In this document: positions 57,703-64,000 of the stretch, in pieces
Position numbering within the stretch: position 1 is the stretch's first letter
Layout: every line of letters starts with the position of its first letter
Origin: Obrimoposthia wandeli
Taxonomy: Eukaryota
Direction: 5' to 3'
DNA: 64,000 bases
Assembly (NCBI GenBank): GCA_977020255.1
Contig: CDROCS010001764.1
Coordinates: 1 to 64,000, forward strand
The notes under the pieces: model-generated
What the model saw: only the letters and a program-made list of their open reading frames with translations
Database searches by the model: none
What the model was told of the DNA's origin: nothing
Translations under genes and position numbers: made by a program

Positions 57703-59079
57703 ATGATTGTTACTAGCTTTTCCGACCTCCCTCTCAGCGCCACAACTTTAGACGACCTAGCCCACCTAGGTTACCAGCAGCCTACACCTATTCAGGCACA
57801 GGCGCTTCCAGTGATCCTTGCCGGTCGTGACCTGCAGGCAAAAGCGGAGACAGGCAGCGGAAAAACAGCAGCTTTTGGCATCGCTATTATTGAAAACATC
57901 GACTTGGATTTGCTACAGCCGCAGGCGATGATCATCGCTCCAACACGCGAACTGTGTAATCAAATCACCACCGCCATTCGCACCTTCGGCCGCTCTAAGC
58001 CGAATCTTCGAGTTGTCACGCTATGCGGCGGCGTCTCTAAACAACCACAGCAAGATAGTTTAAAAAAAGGGGTGCATATCATTGTCGGCACACCCGGTCG
58101 TATCATTGACCACTTGGAGCGTGAACGTTTAAATCTTGACCATATGCGCACCGCTGTATTGGATGAAGCCGATCGTATGTTGGATATGGGTTTTGCACCG
58201 CAAATTGGTGACATTGTCAGCCACTTCCCCGACCAACATCAAACGCTACTATTTTCTGCCACCTTCGACAAACAAGCGCGTCAATTGGCCAATGCCATCA
58301 CCGACGATGCGATTTTCGTCGAGGCACAAACACAGCAAACAGCTGAAAGTCTCAAGCAATGGCTGTGTCGCTGTACAGATAGCAACCGCAATAAAACATT
58401 ACACGACTTATTGGTCCAATCGCAATTCGAATCCAGCATTGTTTTTTGCAATACTAAAAAGAGCTGTCAAGAACTGCGTAATTACCTGCGTGACATGGGC
58501 CATGCTGCAAATACTTTGCACGGTGATTTGGAACAGAGTGAACGCGAAGATATCTTGGTACAGTTTGCCCACCGCAGTGTCACTATCTTAGTGGCCACCG
58601 ATGTTGCCGCGCGCGGCCTCGACATTGAAGCGGTACCTGGTGTGATCAACTACGATGTGCCGACAGACCCTTCCACTTATACCCACCGTATTGGTCGCAC
58701 CGCTCGTGCCGGTAAATCCGGTACCGCCATCACCTTGTGCACAAATAATGAGACACATCGCTGGGAGCGTATTTTAGAACTGCAAGACACTCCTGTAGAG
58801 CCGCTACTGAGTAGAGATAGCGCAGGTAAAAAGCCTGGCTTCGCGCCTTATCGCACGGTGTGTATTTTAGGAGGCCGTAGAAACAAACTTCGCCCTGGTG
58901 ACGTCTTAGGTGCGTTGACTAAAGACAATTTACTGGGCCGCGAGCACATTGGTAAAATTGATATTATGGAAACCGTCAGCTATGTCGCTATTATCAACAC
59001 AATGACCAAAGCTGCGCTCGATCAATTGCAACAGGGACGTATCAAAGGCAAAAAGTACCGCGCTAAAATATTAAAGTGA
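57703..59079 (+). CDS. dbpA: ATP-dependent RNA helicase DbpA
   Basis: Q motif, AETGSGKT, PTREL, DEAD, SAT, HRIGRTAR, C-terminal RBD (GGRRNKLRPGDVLGALT). Confidence 0.93.
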   Translation: MIVTSFSDLPLSATTLDDLAHLGYQQPTPIQAQALPVILAGRDLQAKAETGSGKTAAFGIAIIENIDLDLLQPQAMIIAPTRELCNQITTAIRTFGRSKPNLRVVTLCGGVSKQPQQDSLKKGVHIIVGTPGRIIDHLERERLNLDHMRTAVLDEADRMLDMGFAPQIGDIVSHFPDQHQTLLFSATFDKQARQLANAITDDAIFVEAQTQQTAESLKQWLCRCTDSNRNKTLHDLLVQSQFESSIVFCNTKKSCQELRNYLRDMGHAANTLHGDLEQSEREDILVQFAHRSVTILVATDVAARGLDIEAVPGVINYDVPTDPSTYTHRIGRTARAGKSGTAITLCTNNETHRWERILELQDTPVEPLLSRDSAGKKPGFAPYRTVCILGGRRNKLRPGDVLGALTKDNLLGREHIGKIDIMETVSYVAIINTMTKAALDQLQQGRIKGKKYRAKILK

Positions 59080-59128
59080 GACCTCAGTATCATTACGGCA
59101 GGGGATAATCCCTGATCATGGTATGTTT

Positions 59129-59161
59129 TGTAAATAAACGTAGTGACTCTGCGTTTATTTA
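59129..59161. terminator. Hairpin downstream of dbpA
   Basis: Perfect 11-bp arms GTAAATAAACG / CGTTTATTTAC. Confidence 0.45.
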
Positions 59162-59372
59162 CTCGTACTGCAAAAGCAGCTTTATTATTCGACCTGACTT
59201 CCAAGAAAGCATATGATTTATAATAATTTTATTGTAATCAATCCTATCCTCTGTATCCTTGCCGCCAAGGAAATGGATAGCTGAATACCCCAAGTACGGC
59301 CAGTATATAACTAGCTATACCCTCTGTTTTCAATAATCAAAACTTCATACTCACCTAAACAAGGAATGTTCT

Positions 59373-60116
59373 ATGGACATCAATAGTCTTCGTCACCCCA
59401 AAGAAAGCGTTTACCGCATCTTATGTCTACTCGTAGGTATCCTAATTTGGATTCCACTGTTTATTGCGCTAGTTCTCTTTTTACCTATCATTGCTCTAGT
59501 CCTCTGGCTTACGCAAAAATTCTTTGAAGCGTCTGTTTACGGCAATGCCGTGCATGTCAATAAAAGCCAGTTTGCAGACCTGCATAACATGAAACTAGAC
59601 TTATCTCATCGTTTAGGCTTAAAGAAAGCGCCTGAGTTTTTCATTTTCAACTCAGAAGGAGCAATGAATGCTGTTGCAGTTAAGTTCTTGAGTGCCAAAT
59701 TTGTACTGATGTACAGCTCGCTAATCGACTTGTTAAAAACTGAAGACAATAAAAGTATCGAAATGGTACTGGCACACGAGCTAGCTCATCACGCCGCTGG
59801 CCATACTGGCTTCTGGCTAAACCTCATTATGAAACCAGCCATGTTTGTCCCTTTCTTGGGTGGTGCTTATAGACGTGCCTGCGAGTTAACTGCAGATCGC
59901 ATCGCTCTGGTACTGGTTGAAGATAAAAACATCGCCACCACTGCTCTGATCAAATTAGCCTGTGGCAGCAATGTGCTGGCACACGACATTGACGTCAATA
60001 CCTTTGTCAGCCAGGAGCAAGATGTGCCATCTCTCGCTGGATTCATCAATGAGATATACTCTAGCCATCCTCGTATGACCAAACGAATAGAAGAGATATC
60101 TGCTTACTCTCTTTAG
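59373..60116 (+). CDS. M48-family zinc metallopeptidase (HtpX-like)
   Basis: N-terminal TMs, MNAVA, LAHELAHH (HExxH), CELTADR, YSSHP. Confidence 0.88.
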   Translation: MDINSLRHPKESVYRILCLLVGILIWIPLFIALVLFLPIIALVLWLTQKFFEASVYGNAVHVNKSQFADLHNMKLDLSHRLGLKKAPEFFIFNSEGAMNAVAVKFLSAKFVLMYSSLIDLLKTEDNKSIEMVLAHELAHHAAGHTGFWLNLIMKPAMFVPFLGGAYRRACELTADRIALVLVEDKNIATTALIKLACGSNVLAHDIDVNTFVSQEQDVPSLAGFINEIYSSHPRMTKRIEEISAYSL

Positions 60117-60137
60117 CCTATGACTAAATAGCATTCT

Positions 60138-60163
60138 AAAAGTCCGTATACGCGGACTTTTTT
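60138..60163 (+). terminator. Terminator after the M48 peptidase
   Basis: AAAAGTCCG-TATACG-CGGACTTTTTT. Confidence 0.8.
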
Positions 60164-60279
60164 GATGGTATTTATCCTGCGCCGCCAAGAAAGTTATGGA
60201 TAGAGTGCAAACAGAATACATTGCGAATACCCACACACTCACTGCAGTAAAAATCCCTCCTAAGATAAGTAGCAGCCAC

Positions 60280-60305
60280 AAAAAAAGCCCTTACGGGCTT
60301 TTTTT
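60280..60305. terminator. Terminator after fba (bidirectional form)
   Basis: A7-GCCC-TTAC-GGGC-T7. Confidence 0.85.
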
Positions 60306-60320
60306 AATAGCAGCTATAAA

Positions 60321-61385
60321 TTAAACGATTTTAGCGGTTAACTTACCAGCTTCATAAGCGCTTGCCATATCTTCAAGGCTGATCGCAGTGATCTTGCTCG
60401 CTTGACCTGCTGCATTGAACGACTCATAGCGGTTGATACAGATATCACTCATCGCGGTGATCGTTTTGCTCAAGTATTTACGTGGATCAAATTCAGCCGG
60501 GTTTTCCGCTAAAAACTTGCGAATAGCGCCGGTTGAAGCCAAGCGTAAATCAGTATCGATATTGACCTTGCGCACGCCGTGTTTAATACCTTCAACGATC
60601 TGCTCTACCGGTACACCATAAGTTTCAGGTATTGCACCGCCAAATTCGTTGATAATCGCCAACCATTCCTGTGGAACAGAAGACGAACCGTGCATCACTA
60701 AGTGAGTACCGGGAATACGTTGGTGTATCGCTTTGATACGATCGATCGCCAAAATATCACCCGTCGGTGGGCGTGTGAACTTGTAAGCACCGTGTGAGGT
60801 ACCGCAAGCGATTGCCAATGCATCAACTTGAGTTTTAGCAACAAAGTCTGCTGCTTCATCTGGATCTGTCAACATTTGATCCATTGATAACTTGCCTACA
60901 GCACCTACGCCATCTTCTTCGCCAGCTTCACCGGTTTCAAGTGATCCTAGGCAACCAAGCTCGCCTTCGACAGAGACACCACATGCGTGGGCCATTTCTA
61001 CGGTGCGACGTGTTACATCAACGTTGTACTCATAAGATGATGGTGTCTTACCATTTTCTAACAGTGATCCATCCATCATGACTGACGAGAAACCCATCGC
61101 GATAGAGCGCTGGCAAATAGCAGGCGAAGTACCGTGATCTTGATGCATGCACACGGGAATGTGCGGAAATTCAGCCACGGCAGCTAAAATCATGTGACGT
61201 AGGAAATTTGAACCGGCGTATTTACGCGCGCCAGCAGATGCCTGCACGATAACTGGTGAGTTAGTTTTGTCTGCGGCTTCCATTATTGCCCGCATCTGTT
61301 CGACGTTATTGACATTAAAAGCCGGAATTGCGTAATTGTATTCTGCTGCGTGATCCAGCAGCTGGCGCATGGAGATCAAAGCCAT
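60321..61385 (-). CDS. fba: Fructose-bisphosphate aldolase class II
   Basis: [37 protein letters not shown]. Confidence 0.97.
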   Translation of the reverse strand: MALISMRQLLDHAAEYNYAIPAFNVNNVEQMRAIMEAADKTNSPVIVQASAGARKYAGSNFLRHMILAAVAEFPHIPVCMHQDHGTSPAICQRSIAMGFSSVMMDGSLLENGKTPSSYEYNVDVTRRTVEMAHACGVSVEGELGCLGSLETGEAGEEDGVGAVGKLSMDQMLTDPDEAADFVAKTQVDALAIACGTSHGAYKFTRPPTGDILAIDRIKAIHQRIPGTHLVMHGSSSVPQEWLAIINEFGGAIPETYGVPVEQIVEGIKHGVRKVNIDTDLRLASTGAIRKFLAENPAEFDPRKYLSKTITAMSDICINRYESFNAAGQASKITAISLEDMASAYEAGKLTAKIV

Positions 61386-61572
61386 TTCACTTCACCTTCG
61401 GTTATTGAGTCACTTAATTGAGCTGCAGGGGCTAGCCTTGCGGCGCTATTCTACCAGAGTGGCCACGCCAACTTAATCTCCAGAGGACTATTTTTTGCCT
61501 ATTTCTGTGTTTTATTTCTAATATCCACAGGTAAACAAAGGTCTATTCGCTATCTTTACCGCAGTTATCTAG

Positions 61573-62946
61573 TTAATCTTTATAATCACTCTTGTCTAAG
61601 CCAAACTTTTTCATCTTTTCATACAACGTTTTTCGCGGCAGACTTAAATTGCGTAATGTCTCTTGAATAGAGCCTCCGCATTTACGTAGCTCGGTGTGAA
61701 TCAGCATTTTTTCAAACTGCCCCACCTGCTCCGCCAAATTAAGCGCCTGCGCTTGCTCGGTAATCAGCTGATCTTCAAAATCAAAAGTGCAACTCTCTCC
61801 CAACAGCACATTACGCTCGGCGACATTGCGTAACTCACGTACGTTTCCTGGCCAGTCATGGCGCATTAGCGCTGCCATACGTGTTGCCGATGGCTCAGTG
61901 AAATCACGACCATATTGGGTCGATGCGATAATTGAAAAATGCTGAAAAAGTAGCGCTATATCATCTTTGCGACGACGTAGTGGTGGGATTTCCACCTTCA
62001 CTACATTGAGTCTATAGTAGAGATCTTCACGAAAGCGCCCCTGCTCTGCCAGTACTTTAAGGTCCACTTTAGTCGCTGCTACAATGCGAAGATCCAGGGC
62101 GATAGATAAGTTTGAGCCCAAGCGCTCGATTGAGCGTTCCTCTATGACACGTAACAGCTTTACCTGTAATGCCAATGGCATACTTTCTATTTCATCGAGA
62201 AAAACAGTGCCTCCATCAGCATATTCAAACCGACCTATACGGCGTGCTTTGGCATCGGTAAATGCACCCTTTTCATGACCAAAGAGTTCACTCTCGATTA
62301 AATTTTCCGGCACTGCACCACAATTGATCGCAACAAATTTTTTATCCCGTCTATTACTGTGCTCGTGAATGTAGCGTGCCAGCAAATCTTTACCGGTACC
62401 TGTTTCTGCTTCAATCAAGATATCCGTCGGCGCATCCGCGACAGCTTTAACTATTTGGCGCAATTGTAATATTTGTGCTGAGTTGCCAATAATTCTCGGT
62501 CCCAGCGCGCTTTGTGCTTCCAGCTCATTGCGCAACCTGCGGTTTTCCAAACTCAGTGCTCGTCGGTCACAGGCACGACGGATCACTTCAAGTAATTGCT
62601 CAGGGGCAAAAGGTTTCTCGAGAAAATCATAAGCCCCCTCACGCATTGCAGAGACGGCCATAGAAATATCGCCGTGTCCGGTCATCAAAATAATCGGAAG
62701 TTCACTATCAAGCTGGGTCAATTTTGCCATCAAGGCTAGGCCATCCATCCCCGGCATACTAATATCGGAAACGACAACCCCTGGCCACTGGGCATCTAAC
62801 TGTATTAATGCCCGTTCACCGCTGGTGCAAATGGTGACGTTAAACCCTGCCAATTCGATACTCTGTGCCAGAGACTTAGCCACCGCAGGTTCATCGTCCA
62901 CCAGCAAGACGTGGCTACAGTGCTGATAAAGATCTAATTTATTCAT
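61573..62946 (-). CDS. dctD: Sigma54-dependent response regulator DctD
   Basis: Receiver (SDISMPG), ETGTGK, ESELFGHEKGAFTDA, FLDEI, RFREDLYYRL, Fis-type HTH. Confidence 0.85.
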   Translation of the reverse strand: MNKLDLYQHCSHVLLVDDEPAVAKSLAQSIELAGFNVTICTSGERALIQLDAQWPGVVVSDISMPGMDGLALMAKLTQLDSELPIILMTGHGDISMAVSAMREGAYDFLEKPFAPEQLLEVIRRACDRRALSLENRRLRNELEAQSALGPRIIGNSAQILQLRQIVKAVADAPTDILIEAETGTGKDLLARYIHEHSNRRDKKFVAINCGAVPENLIESELFGHEKGAFTDAKARRIGRFEYADGGTVFLDEIESMPLALQVKLLRVIEERSIERLGSNLSIALDLRIVAATKVDLKVLAEQGRFREDLYYRLNVVKVEIPPLRRRKDDIALLFQHFSIIASTQYGRDFTEPSATRMAALMRHDWPGNVRELRNVAERNVLLGESCTFDFEDQLITEQAQALNLAEQVGQFEKMLIHTELRKCGGSIQETLRNLSLPRKTLYEKMKKFGLDKSDYKD

Positions 62947-64000
62947 CTAATTCTCGCTGTTCACCTTGCTGCCAACCCACGACAGATTGCAGTAAAAGAC
63001 TGAATTGTGCCCCTGATTCTGTATTCTTCGCACTCAACTTACCACCTATATCCTCGACGATCCTCGCTGATATTGACAACCCTAGCCCCAAACCTTGCCC
63101 CTCTTTTTTAGTGGTATAGAAAGGCTCGAAAATTTTCTCCCTATCACTCTGCGCTATGCCACCCCCATTATCGGTGACTTTAATATTCATTTGATCGTTT
63201 TTTGTTAACTCAGCAGTCACCTCAATCCAGCCATCCTCTTGCTGTTCAACCGCGTAAAGCGCATTACCAAGTAAATTGACCATCACTTGCTCTAAGCGCA
63301 ATAGGTCGCCAAAAACGTATTGATCCTGCTGTTGCTCTGGCCAGTTGAGCCGAACATTAGACTGCTCGATCCGCGGATAAAGTATTGCCAGCACACCAAG
63401 GCGAAGCGCTTTGAAAGAAACTCTAGATTGCTGCGAACTACTTTTGCGCGAAAATTCTTTTAGTGGATGTAATATTTTTGCCATTCGCTCAGTCAACCCG
63501 GCTATTTCCACAAGATTGCTTTGCACATTGTCTTGCTGTCCCAAACTCATAAATTGGCGCGCGTTATCAGCATAACCTCTAATGGCCATCAGAGGTTGAT
63601 TGAGCTCGTGATTAATTCCCGCCGACATTTGTCCAAGTACCGCTAGCTTTGCGGTTTGAATGAGTTCATCTTGTGTTTTTGAGTGCTGTTTTATCTCTTG
63701 CAGCAAGCGCTCATTGGCGCGGGTCAGGTCAACCGTACGCTGGTCCACCCGACTCTCAAGTAGCTGTCGCGCCTGTTCCAATTGTTTTTCATACTGCTTA
63801 CGCTCAGTGATATCTTGTACGGTGATCAAATAGCGTAAAGCCCCCTGTTGACGCATTTTGCCGACAACAAACTCAATAGGTAACCGTCTTGCGTCACTAC
63901 ATTTAGCCAAACCCTCAAGTAGATGTTCCGCCTGAGAATGGTAACTTGGGTCAATCTGGCGCTGAAACCGCGGTAGGTCAGCCCCCTCCAATAGTTCAGC
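62939..64000 (-). CDS. dctB: DctB-like sensor histidine kinase with PAS-like segment; 5' part outside window
   Basis: QTAKLAVLGQMSAGINHELNQPL (NtrB/DctB H-box), NLLGNA, DNGGG, GLGLGL; overlaps the dctD start. Confidence 0.8.
   Translation of the reverse strand, partial: AELLEGADLPRFQRQIDPSYHSQAEHLLEGLAKCSDARRLPIEFVVGKMRQQGALRYLITVQDITERKQYEKQLEQARQLLESRVDQRTVDLTRANERLLQEIKQHSKTQDELIQTAKLAVLGQMSAGINHELNQPLMAIRGYADNARQFMSLGQQDNVQSNLVEIAGLTERMAKILHPLKEFSRKSSSQQSRVSFKALRLGVLAILYPRIEQSNVRLNWPEQQQDQYVFGDLLRLEQVMVNLLGNALYAVEQQEDGWIEVTAELTKNDQMNIKVTDNGGGIAQSDREKIFEPFYTTKKEGQGLGLGLSISARIVEDIGGKLSAKNTESGAQFSLLLQSVVGWQQGEQRELDE

Noticed and set aside
59955-60281. 108-aa minus-strand ORF with a hydrophobic N-terminus
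   Set aside because: It overlaps the M48 gene antisense and runs through two terminators; no support as a real gene.
62240-62300. GAFTDA instead of GAFTGA in DctD as a sign of sigma54 independence
   Set aside because: GAFTDA is a common variant among enhancer-binding proteins, and a sigma54 promoter is present at the likely target.

Overview
A 64 kb chromosomal segment from a marine-type gammaproteobacterium (Oceanospirillales/Pseudomonadales-like, inferred from gene content), mostly ordinary metabolism. In order: ahpC-ahpF and a GT2 gene (all with apparent indels); two tandem ridA paralogs flanking abutting 3' fragments of an FAD oxidoreductase and a LysR regulator; a complete aerobic purine-catabolism cluster (puuD, allA, alc, uraD, puuE, uraH, GntR, guaD, xdhABC); a di-haem cytochrome c peroxidase-like gene translationally coupled to a DAHL-GGDEF diguanylate cyclase; ubiK, amt, glnK; cpxRA-like plus a spy/cpxP-like gene; etfBA-purU-GcvT-family demethylase with a divergent class V aminotransferase; a two-partner secretion pair (GLUG-repeat TpsA, TpsB); an XRE-cupin regulator; a poly-HAMP chemoreceptor preceded by an unrecognised secreted 38-aa-repeat protein and a PagP-like barrel; TRAP dctPQM; then DUF2927, ppnP, serA, GT9, a lysophospholipase, an MscK-like channel, glcB, a DUF6942-like gene, GNAT, dbpA, an M48 peptidase, fba and dctD-dctB. 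I found no rRNA, tRNA, CRISPR array or transposase. The two best candidates for an undescribed system are the peroxidase-like di-haem protein (catalytic Glu apparently lost) paired with a DAHL diguanylate cyclase (16620-18910), and the 8x38-aa repeat periplasmic protein paired with a poly-HAMP MCP (37664-41084). All family assignments come from motif recognition by eye; no searches were run.
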